The notes under the pieces: model-generated
The model's database searches: none
The model's input: only the letters and a program-made list of their open reading frames with translations
Told to the model about the DNA's origin: nothing
Source of the DNA: Epithemia pelagica
Taxonomy: Eukaryota > Protista > Bacillariophyta
Direction of reading: 5' to 3'
DNA length: 64,000 bases
NCBI GenBank assembly: GCA_946965045.2
Contig: OX337233.1
Coordinates: forward strand, 1,364,001 to 1,428,000
Shown here: positions 1-11,896 of the stretch, in pieces
Numbering within the stretch: position 1 is the first letter of the stretch
Layout of the letters: each line of letters begins with the position of its first letter
Program-made: the position numbers and the translations under genes

Positions 1-2557
1 CCGTGATTCGTCCATATCCATACGTATGTTCAATGGATGCCACAGTCCATTCCGTTTCATACAGGGCTACATCGTCCAATAGTCCTCCTGCCGTTCCGAC
101 GGTAATATGCGTCGGTCCCCCATACTCGTGGGTCGTGTCGTGACAGTGACTTCGAAACAGGCCATCGCAGGTTCGCAAATAGGCATGGTAATGACCCGAG
201 ACGACCAAATCGACTTGGTAATCAAACAAGAGATTTTCAATTTCATAGCGCATTCCTATACCCACGGCATTTTGGTCCCAAAATTCTTCCGATTGATACA
301 AGGGACGATGCATTTCGACAATGACCCAGGGTGTTTGCGATCGATTCACGCCGCGAGACAAATCGGCCAAGGCCCAGGTATATTGAGGAGATCCAAACGA
401 CAAGTCATGTTCGGACGACAAGACAATGGTATGGACATTTCCAAAATCATGTGAATACCAAAAGACGCCATTGCTGGGAGGAAGAAGGGAGGCATCCTCG
501 TTTCGCTGGGGCATGGTAAATCGTTTGGTGGTGGGGACTCCACATTCTCCACCACTGTCATTTTCAAAGTTGCCCCAGGCGGGATGAAATCCATTGTACT
601 CGGAATCTGGAACGTTGTTGGAGGAATGTCCATTCTCATGATTGTTGTTGGTCCGGTGATGGTGGTACCGAGAACTGCTCGGGGGAGGAACCATCACGGA
701 CGGATCCTTGGTTCCTCCCGTCAGGTAATCGTATTCATGATTGCCCACGGCAATGTGCAAGGGGACACGTGCGGCATAGGGTTCAATCATGTGGAACCAG
801 GCATCCCAATGATGACCGGCACCCTTGGCATAACTCAAATCTCCCACATGATGAACGGCTCGAATCGGAAGGCTATTATTGTTGGTGGTGGTGCCCGTGA
901 TTTCTCGTTCCACCATGGCGGCTGTCCACGCCGATCCTTGACCCCATCCATTTTCGGGACATCCTTGATCGCCAAAGACCAAGTACGAAAAGGGTGGTAC
1001 ATAATAGTCGGGCTCCTCCATCGTCGTCGTCGTCGTCGTCGTAATACTACGATTGTTGTTATTGTCGGTGTCATCCACAGTCGGTCGGGGCACCAAGGGA
1101 GATTGAAAGGAGTAGACCGTCTTGGACCACGTGACACCTTGTCCATGTTGCAATCCCACTTGATAATAATACCGCGTATTGGCTTGCAATTGCGTCAAGA
1201 GGACGGTATGCAATTGTCCCGGATCGGTAAATTTGCCCGGTTCCGTCAAATTGGCCGGTTCCATACACAACTCGGCTGCCGTATAGGTTTGACTCGACGA
1301 GGGGGCGGCCGTAACTTTACTGTCGTGCGGTGGATTGGAGGTGCCATACACCACCACGGCCACCATGGCATTGGTCAATCCAGCATGACCGGAACCGGTC
1401 GAAAAAGACACTACCATTTCGGATGGATTGGATGTTCCACTCAAGTGAATCCCAAAGGGAGATGTGACGGAAGTAATATGAATCGGTGCCGTGGCGGCCA
1501 GGTAATGCAGTTCCACCGAGCCCTTGTCGTGGTTGTCGGCGTCGTCGTTGGCGTGCTTCGGAAATGTACTCTTTTTGTTCTTCAACTTTCTCGTCTTTTG
1601 CTGATACAAGAGAAATTGACAGTGTGAAAAGCGGTACACGGAAAAGTGAGGAATGTGCCATGTTCCTGAATTCCAAACCGAGGAATTCGTCGAGTGTGGC
1701 GACGACGAAAAGAGGGAACCCAACCGTCGTTGTCGTGCATTCCCCGATGAGATTGATGGTGGTTGTTCTTGTTCTTGTTCTTGTTGTGTAGTTTGTTCGT
1801 ACTCGTGTGTGGCACGAATTTGTGCCAAGGTTCCCACTTCCAACAGTTGCCGTGTACTCTGCAACACGGACCGTGGGTGGACAAACTCTTCGTCGTCCTC
1901 CTCCTCCTTCAGTTGCCAACAATACAAGGCCAAGACATCCGTAGGTTGCAATACCACCTGGGTGGTAGACTGGGTGGTCGAAGAAGGGACCTTCCAGTGT
2001 ACCGTCAAGGCGTCACCACCCGCAAGGACTGGAGACGACACTGAGAGCCAAGGTTCAGTTTCGTCGTCGTCCTGTCCTACTCCGAGGGTCCCTTCTTCTT
2101 CTTCTTCGGATCCCACAATCGGATACACATATGTGGCGTCTCGCAATTGCTCGTACAAGGGATTTTCCAAGGCATACAAGAGGGGATGCGGTGGTTCCGC
2201 GTCTCGCAACGACAAGAGCGTGGGCATGACCGAAGTGGAGGGTCGAACATACGAGGAGGAGGAGGACGAGGAGGAATCCGGGTGCCGCTCCAAGGAGTCG
2301 CCTCCTCCGCCTCGTTCCACCAGGGACCAATAGGCTGCCACCACGACCGATCCCACGCCCATCCAAACCACGAGCCACAGCGGACGTCCAAGGTGGCACC
2401 ACCATCCTTGTGGTGTACGCGGTGTGGACGAGGATAATGAGGAGGAGGACGGCGGTGGTGTCAAGGGATCTTCTTCACGGGAAATGGAGGCATAATCGGC
2501 AAAGGGTTTTCGCCGTGACTGTTGGTTTGTCTGCTTGTCCCACAAGAGTCGTCTCAT
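1..2557 (-). CDS. Purple acid phosphatase / calcineurin-like metallophosphoesterase, N-terminally membrane-anchored; 3' end lies beyond the window start
   Basis: Not in the ORF track because there is no stop in the window. I translated it manually from ATG 2557 (MRRLLWDKQ...). It has a hydrophobic segment PLWLVVWMGVGSVVVAAYWSL, an Fn3-like region (GIHLSGTSNPSEMVVSF...LHTVLLTQLQANTRYYYQVG) and the PAP metal-ligand motifs FGDQG, GDLSY, GNHE, VEMHRPLY and SGHYHAYLRTC. Confidence 0.92.
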   Translation of the reverse strand, partial: MRRLLWDKQTNQQSRRKPFADYASISREEDPLTPPPSSSSLSSSTPRTPQGWWCHLGRPLWLVVWMGVGSVVVAAYWSLVERGGGGDSLERHPDSSSSSSSSYVRPSTSVMPTLLSLRDAEPPHPLLYALENPLYEQLRDATYVYPIVGSEEEEEGTLGVGQDDDETEPWLSVSSPVLAGGDALTVHWKVPSSTTQSTTQVVLQPTDVLALYCWQLKEEEDDEEFVHPRSVLQSTRQLLEVGTLAQIRATHEYEQTTQQEQEQEQPPSISSGNARQRRLGSLFSSSPHSTNSSVWNSGTWHIPHFSVYRFSHCQFLLYQQKTRKLKNKKSTFPKHANDDADNHDKGSVELHYLAATAPIHITSVTSPFGIHLSGTSNPSEMVVSFSTGSGHAGLTNAMVAVVVYGTSNPPHDSKVTAAPSSSQTYTAAELCMEPANLTEPGKFTDPGQLHTVLLTQLQANTRYYYQVGLQHGQGVTWSKTVYSFQSPLVPRPTVDDTDNNNNRSITTTTTTTMEEPDYYVPPFSYLVFGDQGCPENGWGQGSAWTAAMVEREITGTTTNNNSLPIRAVHHVGDLSYAKGAGHHWDAWFHMIEPYAARVPLHIAVGNHEYDYLTGGTKDPSVMVPPPSSSRYHHHRTNNNHENGHSSNNVPDSEYNGFHPAWGNFENDSGGECGVPTTKRFTMPQRNEDASLLPPSNGVFWYSHDFGNVHTIVLSSEHDLSFGSPQYTWALADLSRGVNRSQTPWVIVEMHRPLYQSEEFWDQNAVGIGMRYEIENLLFDYQVDLVVSGHYHAYLRTCDGLFRSHCHDTTHEYGGPTHITVGTAGGLLDDVALYETEWTVASIEHTYGYGRIT

Positions 2558-2983
2558 GATGATGATGGATGGATCAATCGATCGTGCGTTGCGTTTTCTT
2601 TGAGAATTTCGGCTGGTTGGAACGTTTCGATACCTCTTCTCTTCGTTTTTTCACGTCCCTTTCTCCAGAATGCCCTTTCTCCCAATCAATGGTGTGCAGC
2701 ACCAACAGAACTGGAAAGCTGTCAGCGATCTATTATATTGTCAAGTCTTAAAGTCGACGAATTATGACAACAACTGAAAGAAAGACACAAGGACGCGCAA
2801 AACGAACAAAGCGAGCTGCAGCATTCTCTCCATCCATCAGCCACAAAAAAAAGCCGCAGAAACGAGCGAACTGCGGGTGTGCGTGTGTCTGTATTCGGTG
2901 TTCGGTGTTCGGTGTGCGTTGCATGACGTCATGGAACATCATCCATTCCTTCTTCGCGGGTATCGCATGTCGCAGTCCTGTCC

Positions 2984-5251
2984 TTGAAGATGCGAATGAG
3001 ATTCCGCGGGAGAAGCAGAGCAGTATCGCGCAAAGTGAAAGTGTACATCTACGACATGCGACGGACCACCATGAATGTCGCAGGAATTCGGAAGCACATT
3101 AATTTCGCGGTCGCGCGTGAAGATGATTCCACACGCTGTTTGGTCGTGTATGACCAGCCACATAATTTTGGTGCGGTCGACCATGAGGACAAGGCGTCCG
3201 ATCCAGAGACGAGTACCATGAACAGTCACTCACGCCCACCCAAACGTCGTCGTCGTCATTGTGATCCGGACCACCACCACCAGAATTCGTGGAGTGAACT
3301 CAATCCCCTGGCACGGGCTCGAGGAGGCAAGACGACGACCACAGCGACAACGGATCGCCGTTCGACAACGAATCCGCCATCCCTGGCCGACCATCGCAGT
3401 CATGTGTTGTGGCACAAGAAATCGGGTGGAGGCTATCTCTTGTTTCTGCAATATTACATGCAATTGACCCAACGACATGCTCTGTTAACTCCACCTGCAC
3501 ATGACAACACCACACACAAGACCGAACCTGCGATCCATCCAGACCATTCGTCAAGCCCCAACGACGGCAGAAGTATGTCGCATCCATCGACAAGCAGTAC
3601 CACCAACTCGTCCAATCCTGAACGACGAGGAGAATCGAGAGCCTCCAAACGTCGTCGTCGACGACGAGGCCAACCACCACCTCCAACAATACAGGAACAG
3701 GAACAGGACAACTCGCCGACCGAGAGCAACAAAAGTAATTCCCAAAGTAGCAGCAAAGGCTTCAAAAGCACTCCCTCCGCCAGTGGGTCGACCCAGGGAG
3801 GTCCATTTCAACTCCAACCATTACCACAGGAACAACCAGTGAATGGAAAGCAGCAGCATGGCCTGGTGCAGGCATGGAATCGTCTACTAGATTCTTCCAA
3901 AACCAACAAGGACGAGGAGAAGATTCTCAATCATGAGACAATCGACGCCTTGATACCGTGGATGACCAGCTTGACGTTGCCGCTGCCATTGTGTTTTCGA
4001 ATCCGTTCCTGGTTGGATCCAGCCCACCAAGATACATTGGCACACGCGGTCCGCACTCAATTCACCACGTGGATGGAACGACTGGATGTTGGACGATGTC
4101 CCACTACAAACGACCACGTGTATCTGTATCGAGCCAAGCCTCATTCGTCATCATCATCATGGAACCGCCATTGCGTCTCGAAAGAATCCTTGGGGAAGGA
4201 AGCACCCGAATTAAAGGCCTGGCTACTCGAACAATCTTCTCATTGTGTGGCACGTCAAGAATTGGGGAGCATGTTGCCCGTTCTCTTGTTGAGTCGAGTA
4301 GGACTGGTCGACCAACCGGACAAACATAAGGACTGTGCTGCTGCTGCTGCGACAAGGTGTTTGACGGTGGGAAGTCGCGTCTTGGATATGTGTGCTTCAC
4401 CGGGAAGCAAAACCTTGCAAGCCCTGGAAGTCGTGGGTGCCACGGGCAAAATCAAGGCCAATGACATTCATGCCAGTCGGTTGCAAAGTTTGCAACAAGC
4501 CGTCGAACGAGCCAATCCACCAAAAGAAACGAATCGTCGCATTCAATATACCAATGTCGATGCCAGTCAGTATCCCATTCCCAAACACGGACACAAATTG
4601 TATACCGCTATTCTCTGTGATGTCCCCTGCAGTGGTGATGGGACCATTCGCAAGGATGCGCACATTTTGCCTCATTGGACACCACAAACTTCCAATGCCC
4701 TCCATGCCTTGCAAGTACGCATTTTACAACGTGGCTTGCAGTGTTTGGCCGTAGGAGGTGTCTTGTGTTACAGCACCTGTAGTATGAATCCGGTCGAAAA
4801 CGAAGCCGTCGTGGCAGCTGCCCTACGGTCGCAACAAAAACAAGCATCACCGTCCTCATCTGCCCATGCCAATCTTGGGGGTGGTGGTGGTGGTATCCAG
4901 GTGGAACTCATCCCTTTGCCCTCCTTGGGACAAATCACTTTGCGACCGGGACTGTCGTCATGGAGTGTTGCGGATTTTGAGCCCGGATCAACGAGGGACA
5001 ATCGCCCGAACGATACTGACGACATGAAGAATGACGATGAGGAAGATGATGAGCTTCCAAAGCTCTTGTGGTACGACACATACGAGGAGGCCCAGCGACA
5101 CGGCATGAAACATGCTGTGCCATCCCTTTGGCCACCCACAAACAACAGTGACATCGAAACGTGTCTGCCGTTGGATCGGTGTGGTCGATTGTGGCCTCAC
5201 GATCACGATTGCGGTGGTTTTTTCGTGGCCCTGTTGAGACGAACGAGATAA
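2984..5251 (+). CDS. RNA (cytosine-5)-methyltransferase, NOL1/NOP2/Sun family (NSUN2/Trm4-like)
   Basis: Motifs VLDMCASPGSKT, KANDIHASR, ILCDVPCSGDGTIRK, YSTCSMNPVENEAVV and C-terminal HDHDCGGFFVALL. The ORF-track start is TTG; the true ATG is uncertain (2990, 3056 or 3218). Confidence 0.92.
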   Translation: MKMRMRFRGRSRAVSRKVKVYIYDMRRTTMNVAGIRKHINFAVAREDDSTRCLVVYDQPHNFGAVDHEDKASDPETSTMNSHSRPPKRRRRHCDPDHHHQNSWSELNPLARARGGKTTTTATTDRRSTTNPPSLADHRSHVLWHKKSGGGYLLFLQYYMQLTQRHALLTPPAHDNTTHKTEPAIHPDHSSSPNDGRSMSHPSTSSTTNSSNPERRGESRASKRRRRRRGQPPPPTIQEQEQDNSPTESNKSNSQSSSKGFKSTPSASGSTQGGPFQLQPLPQEQPVNGKQQHGLVQAWNRLLDSSKTNKDEEKILNHETIDALIPWMTSLTLPLPLCFRIRSWLDPAHQDTLAHAVRTQFTTWMERLDVGRCPTTNDHVYLYRAKPHSSSSSWNRHCVSKESLGKEAPELKAWLLEQSSHCVARQELGSMLPVLLLSRVGLVDQPDKHKDCAAAAATRCLTVGSRVLDMCASPGSKTLQALEVVGATGKIKANDIHASRLQSLQQAVERANPPKETNRRIQYTNVDASQYPIPKHGHKLYTAILCDVPCSGDGTIRKDAHILPHWTPQTSNALHALQVRILQRGLQCLAVGGVLCYSTCSMNPVENEAVVAAALRSQQKQASPSSSAHANLGGGGGGIQVELIPLPSLGQITLRPGLSSWSVADFEPGSTRDNRPNDTDDMKNDDEEDDELPKLLWYDTYEEAQRHGMKHAVPSLWPPTNNSDIETCLPLDRCGRLWPHDHDCGGFFVALLRRTR

Positions 5252-6311
5252 CCATATCCGTCTGATGGGAACGGTTCGTTTACACCATCTGATACAGCCA
5301 AGCTTGACCTTGTCAGGTCGGTAAGTCAATTGCATGTGTGTGCGCTCGCAGCAGCTGTAGAAGTGAAGCAGATTGCCGGTTTTGTCATGTCCAGAACATT
5401 GTCAAGCCGAAAATCTTGAGGCGATGCGTCGTGCCACCATCGGTTTATCAACCTTCTATTCGGAAACAGCGCCGAGAGAGAAACGGAGCACTCGATCAGT
5501 TGGTGTACTGATATCAATATGACAGCAATGCCTACGGCATCAAGCTTTGAATCGGCACCACCACGGATATCCTTTGTCCAAGGGTGTCTTTCGGAGAAGC
5601 AAAATGACAACTCCGCACGCTTCCGAGAGTGGGGATCAAACCTCCAAGCACCGAGAAAGAGATTCTGACGAGAGTTGATGGTTGATTTCGATCTGATTAT
5701 GATGCTGCTTTAATTGTCGAAGGGACTGTCTAGCAATCCTTGGTGCTCATGTTGGCGATAACCAAAACAGAGGTGCCTGGATCAAAACTTCCAACTAGCA
5801 CGGAAAGGGTTGCCAACGCTTCAAGAACGTAGCGTTCTCTGGTATCGTCAAATCATCCCTGCGTTTCTCGAGTTGTGAGATTAATCAACAAGAGCAGAAT
5901 GGTCGACGCGCTCCAGGGTCGTCTTTTCAGCAATGACAGATTCCATGTTGGTCTCATATCCAGGTTTTCACTCGTCAACTCATCAGTAAGAGCAGTGATG
6001 CTGACTTTTCGGCTCATGGAATCGATGATTTGATGATGATGCTTGTTGTGCCTATGGATTGTAATACTTCGCAATCTTCGTACACCCAAACCCAAACTTT
6101 CTGAGCAGGGATAAGGCCGGCAAAGGACGCCATCGAATAATGTATCCTGACAACGAAAATCCATCTGCAGAATGTGAAAGGGAGGAAATGAACAAAATGG
6201 AATTTCTCATCGTACCCTAGAAATGAAGTACCAAGAGGAATAACAAAGAAGCGAGTCGTCTACTTTTAGATGAGTGTTTAAGTATAGGGTATTTTTTCTT
6301 TGTATCCATGC

Positions 6312-7602
6312 TTACAAGTTACCACTAGTGATAGACATCATTTGTTCCTTATTGGTGTGATTCGTATGATAATAAACGACCAATGGAAACCCTTTCTGTT
6401 CGAATGGAATTGAACTCTGGCCCATGTACAATACCCATTGCCAAGGGATGTACACGAAGTAATCCGCCAAGCCCCAAGAAGACTTGAAATCAACCATCTT
6501 TTGCTCTTCTTTCATGCAGTCCTCCTCGGAACAAAATCTGGAAACTCCATTCTTCAAGCTGAAGAACGCTCCATCACATAATCCATTAAAGTGTAGACTG
6601 GCAATTTTGTCACGTCGTACCATTTGTTCACCGGGGTTTCGAAAAGGCTGTGTGGCTTCCCATCGGTCAGGAATTGGTCCAACTTTGGGACCAGGACGTT
6701 TTCTGTTCTCCAAATGACCCTTAACCTTGGTCAAGAGAATTTGGTCGCCCACTGCATTGGCATGTATTTTGGTCTCGCGAAGAGAATGCCAGAAATCCTT
6801 GGAAAACTTCTGATTGTTGAATATCATCACTCCAGAGCAGCGTTTTATTTGGAACATGTACTGCGGATCTGCGGCTTTCCACAAATCCTGTATGCTTGCT
6901 AATACAACAACATCTTGGTCCAAATATATCACTGGTCCTATCTTCGGAGATAGATACATACTTGAATAGAGACGATACCAACCGCCACCTCCACTGAGCA
7001 AAGACACAAAGATGAGTATTGAGAATACAGAAAAATCATTGCACATCAAAGCCTTTTTGGTGTGGGCATTCGACTACTTACTTGCGCATGCCAAATGTCG
7101 ATGACTGGTTTCGCCAAAATCGAATGTTGTCCCTCATAAAATGTTCGTCATCCTTCGAGACGTCATACAAATTTACGGCGATGGAATGTCTCCAATGTGA
7201 TCCTTCCAGCTGAGCCTTGGAAAGGATCGTTTCAACTCCCTTCTTGGCGTCTCCGTCCACGAGCAAGTGTATGGCTAACGGGTAGTCGACAGGAGCATTC
7301 AGCAAAAGAGATTTCAGGGACACCTCAAATTCGCTGAAGACATCAGTGCTATTGCCACTTAGGCCATACATCACATGAACTTTGTGGGATTCTTCATTAG
7401 AATCCTCCTTCTGAAGTGGATTCTCTGCAATTTTGACTGCACGAAGAGGACTTTCAAAAGACACTTTGTCTTGTGTCAGAAGGACAGCCCTGTCAATAGC
7501 ACCAGTGTATGAGAAGAAGATGGTGCCCACTGCTATGATGTTTGCAACTCCAAGACAAAGTATAACAGTGAGCACTGTGCAATGCCATTTGTTGTTCCTC
7601 AT
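6312..7602 (-). CDS. Glycosyltransferase family 8-like type II membrane protein (2 exons)
   Basis: ATG 7602 followed by a TM helix (TVLTVILCLGVANIIAVGTIFF), EFEVSLKSLLLNAP, GWYRL, the DxD motif YLDQDVVV and LHFNG. The GT-AG intron 6994-7081 (88 bp) joins the two ORFs in frame (GMR-N-GGGGWYRL). Confidence 0.75.
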
Positions 7603-8276
7603 GGTACGACGGGGTAGATCAACAGAGACAAGTCTGACTGGAGAAAATGTGAGAATGGTTTTTATGGTGAGAAGATGCAGGAAGATTTCCATCCATTAAG
7701 CTGAACCGGGGTTCCAAGTTCGATAACAGGTCCACGAGTCCTCAGATAGGGAGTCGTGTAGGGCAGTGCACACAACTTCCTATTGCACGTGTACAAACTA
7801 CAAACAAATTTGGCTCTCGATCTGTTATGTACCAAAAAATTAAGCAGGCGTGCGTTTCAACGTCAGAGTTTGGAATGGACGCCGGGGGACACGACTGTTG
7901 GTCAAATCGGTCCCACTCCGCACCACACTCTCCACGGGAGCATTTACGTCATTGCTCTAGATATCCCCAGCTTCCTGCTACTGATTAACAATACGTGCTT
8001 TTCTGCTTGATGCGCTTAAATTCAATCAAACCCACACATGATCTATTAAACGTTGAGCAAATGGAGCATTGTCGATGTACAACCAAAAACGTCATTTCAG
8101 CTCGCTTCACCCTCTTCGTCGTAGATTTGCAACCTGTCGAAACGTCCGAATCATGTATGGAAACAAAGTCCTGGATAAATCAACTCTTTTGTTTGACACG
8201 GAAGAATAACAATCCCATTTGTTTCTAGCCGTGTAGTACAATAGTCAATCAGTCAGCCTTATCATCGGGAGATCCA

Positions 8277-11200
8277 TCAGTATTGATATTGCTGAACGAC
8301 GCGACGGCTGAGAGCATCCTTTAGCATTTCTTCGACTGTGCCACTGATTCCACCCATTCTCGTCATTGCGTCCACATTACCAACACAAATAAGCTGATAC
8401 TTCGCCCGTGTAAGCGCAACATTCATGCGCCGATCGTCTCTCAAAAATCCAGCTGCCGCAGTTCTCACAAACGACAGAATAACGATATCCGCTTCGCAGC
8501 CTTGTGAAGAATCCACGGTTGCCACTACCATTTCACTCAAATTGTGCTTGCTCAGTAGCTGCTTGATGAGCGCTACTTGTGCTTGGTAGAAAGTAATGAC
8601 TCGTATGCGACTTGCAACACTCCAGTCCTTGACGTATATCCTTACGGAAGAAGATTTTAACTTCTTTATCAGATCCAGCACACAAGACGCCTCGGCCTGG
8701 TTGCGAGACGATCCACCTGCGCCTTTTTCTTCTTTTCCAGTAACGGACAAAAAGGCGTATGGACTGCCATCGAGCAAAGAAATCTGTCCAGCGTAGCAAG
8801 GGCTCAGCACGTTGTTGCCATCGACAATCTGGGAATTGTAGAATTGCGCGGAAGGAAAGGAAGAAATATCTGGACGCATCCGGTACTGGACATTCAGCAT
8901 TACATGATTGTACTTACAGGCGTACATGAGGCGGTCATGTAGACTTTGTGAAAGTCCAAAGAAAGTCGCTCGACGACTCAACACAGTAGCTGGAAGCTGC
9001 AGCGGGTCACCTACACATAACTGCCGTTCATCCGCGAAAATCATTCCACGAAGGATCAGATACATGACATCTTTGCGATGAAACACATGGTTGCTGTACC
9101 TACCATTCTCATCGGTTTCAAGTGAAAGGGGATGTACAAGGTCGGTTCTGTAGCTGCCGCGGCTTCGTCCACAATCACATCAGAGACAGAATGTTTCTTC
9201 AAGCAAAGCCCACCAGCACTGACCAGGGTACAGAACAGAACGTCGGCACTCGAAATCAGATCATCATGAACAACATCCCACTTTTCCTTGTTCATATGAT
9301 TCAACGTACTTAGCAGTTCACTTATGGTGATGATCGATTCATCATCCAATGCAGGTTGGAGACCTGCTTTTATGGCACCGGTGACACAACTGATAAGGGC
9401 TGCTTTGTCCATAATGTCCTCGGGGAGATTGACCAAACGAGATCTCAACTTTCTTTCCAATGTACACGCCAACTTGTGTAAGCTTTCAGGAGTCAACATG
9501 CTTCTGCGTGTTTGCTTTTTATTTGTAAATGGGTAGTTCTTGATCTTGTAGTAGTCTTTGATGATAATCAATAACCAGGAATTAATGAAAACAGATTCCA
9601 GCAAATGCTGACTCTTTGACGGAGTCTGACCTTTGCTAATTTTGATGCGTTTACGCTCTTCCTCGAACAGCTTATCGGCCTCTCCTATGATCAAAACGTT
9701 GTAAGGACATTGATCTGGATCCACCATAGCTTTCATGAATTTGGTGGCAAGAACAGTGACAGCCTTGTTGGTGGGAGCACAAACCAAAAGCTTTGTTCCA
9801 TCACAGGTCAGTGCAGCATGTTCAGACAAATAGCGACAAATGATCGAGACCAGAAGTGTTGTCTTCCCTGTGAAAAGGGCCCGAACAAAGGAACATTGAA
9901 GAACAAAGGATGTGAGATTCCGAATCCACGACACTCGTTCCAGAGCCAAAGGCGACGCCAACAGCAGCAACCAAATCCTACACACCTGTACCGGGCGGAC
10001 CTTGAGTAAGAGTGATTGTTCTTGGTGGAGAATATAGAAACGTGTCGGCAGCATTTTGCTGCGTCTTGTTAAGCATTGGAAAACAAAAGTGCTGATCTAT
10101 TGGCGTCGAGTTCGAGAACAAGGACCTCATGACTGATTGTGGCGACGTGGTCAAAGTCGAAAGTCTCGCCCGAGTGTCACTTTTGCTGTCTGGTGGGGTA
10201 CACAAACCAATGTATCGTTCAGTTTTGAGTTGAGGATGTGGTTCTTTCCCTCGGTGTCCTAGCAAATCAAAAAGAAAAGGAACGCTCAGAACAGAAGATC
10301 TGGTCAATGCCTCAAAGGACCGTAGTTTGGATATCAACGTTGATACAGGTGTCAAGATCCACCGCGTTTTCAGAATGTCCTCAAGCTTATCCGGAATATT
10401 TCGGAACCAGTACATGGAAAAACTCTGTACCTGTGGTGGGACAGTAACATGATCACCTTCTCCGCTTTCCCAATCGCGAAAGCCCGGTTTCAGTGTAGCG
10501 TTGGTTACAAATCCCAATATAACGTTCTCCAGGCTCGGATGATCGTCTTCCGATAGACATTGAAAAACCGTGGCAAATCGAATCTGGTTCATTTGTTCTT
10601 GCGACAAGGGATTAAACAAGGACTGCACGAAGGTAACTTTCACATGACCGGTCCACTGGTTTTTCTCCTCCGCATTAACCGCATTTACCACAAATGTTCT
10701 CTTGTCCTTATGACCCCGATCGTCCCCCTTTGTATCCCCGGCAGTCTTATTCCATATGGAAGCCAATGATTGCGCAATTGCACAACGAGCTTCTTCCATG
10801 ACCAGGGTTGCACGAGAAAGAAAGTGCACATGTGCTCGTTCCATTCTGTATGTGGGTGGGAGCGGAACTGTGGGCATGTAATCTGTGAGACTCACTCGAT
10901 GGCAAATCGTTTCCCAACTTTGCCATGATCGAGAGGATTGACTACTTGGAAGATGATTGATTTTCTCAGTATCATCATCTTCTTCTTGACAAGCAACAAA
11001 GACAAGAGGACTGGTTCGTAAGAGAGCAGTCGCAAACTTTTCCATGGACATATCGCCATACTTGTTCGGGTCCAGCGCCTTATTTAAAAACTGGTCCTCT
11101 TCGTCGGAAGTTCGAGCTCTTTTGCATGGTTTCCGAAATGACGGCGTCACGATTTTCTGTTTGTACGGATTGCCTGTTGTCGGAAGGAAGGTGGAAGAAG

Positions 11201-11375
11201 AACATGTGGTTGTGGGTGACGATGAGCCCAGACTCGTTGCGATCCTTGTTCCGTCGGTATTCTCCTGTGACATGGTTGTCGTTGATAGGCGATGATGCTT
11301 GGATGCATCAAGTCCTCCCGACGCGAAACTCGAAACCGCACAGTCGGCTACCGCGTCTTTGGAAGCTTTTGCCAT
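8277..11375 (-). CDS. Sen1/Upf1-like superfamily 1 (DNA2/NAM7-type) helicase, paralog A (3 exons)
   Basis: After splicing introns 9868-9985 and 9021-9103: QGPPGTGKTT, LLVCAPTNKAV, IVDEAAAATE, LCVGDPLQLPATV, MLNVQYRM, TVDSSQGCEAD and RRMNVALTRAK. Start ATG is 11375 or 11273. Confidence 0.9.
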
Positions 11376-11588
11376 TACTCGAAATTAACTTGTATGGTCA
11401 CTCATTTCTCATGGTCTCATCGATTCGCCTTCTTCTGACTGACAATGAGAAACGGGGATGCTTTTTTTGCTTCCGACCAAAAGGTCCTTCCATGCGCGCG
11501 GCATTGGCTTTTTTCTTTTGGCTTTTTGCAAAAAGCCAAGAAAAATCGAGTCACGCAGGACCGTGCTATGATCTGCTTTGAGGTAAGG

Positions 11589-11610
11589 TTACTCCTACGA
11601 TTAGGAGTAA
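11589..11610. repeat. Perfect 9-bp inverted repeat (hairpin) built from the TACTCCTA/TAGGAGTA motif
   Basis: ttactccta-cgat-taggagtaa read directly from the sequence. Confidence 0.85.
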
Positions 11611-11896
11611 TTTTTAGTGAGAATAGAGCAAATGATGAACTAGGAGTAAATTACATCGACCGTCTTTGGTCTATAAAAATCCAGGAAGGCAAGTACGAAA
11701 ACCAAGAAACGCAGTCCATGCAATATCAGAAGCTGTTCTTTTCCTGGCGAACCGCGGACGTCACCGTGAAATCCGTGCACCAAATGAGGAGAGGCAGAAA
11801 GCACCATCCAAGGTTCATTTCTCCTCCTCACTGACCCGCACTCCTGCTCGTTCCACGAATGCGTACTTGCAATGACCTCACCGTCTTTCCTCACGG

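Noticed and set aside
1763-1790. Short tandem repeats such as (GTTCTT)n, (ACC)n, (CAA)n and (GAT)n in many genes
   Set aside because: These encode homopolymeric amino-acid tracts typical of this genome. They are not CRISPR or telomeric arrays.
107-2437. Plus-strand ORFs (107-454, 584-1627, 1653-2333 and others)
   Set aside because: Antisense shadows of the minus-strand purple acid phosphatase. 107-454 and 584-1627 are codon-aligned with it, and none has recognisable motifs.
5300-6200. Minus-strand fragments (5326-5610, 5853-6164) with one hydrophobic stretch, vaguely ion-channel-like
   Set aside because: Short and stop-bounded, with no convincing start, splice path or family motif. They could be a decayed gene but I cannot support that.
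7700-8270. Short ORFs between GT8 and helicase A
   Set aside because: No motifs or coding-like features; treated as intergenic.
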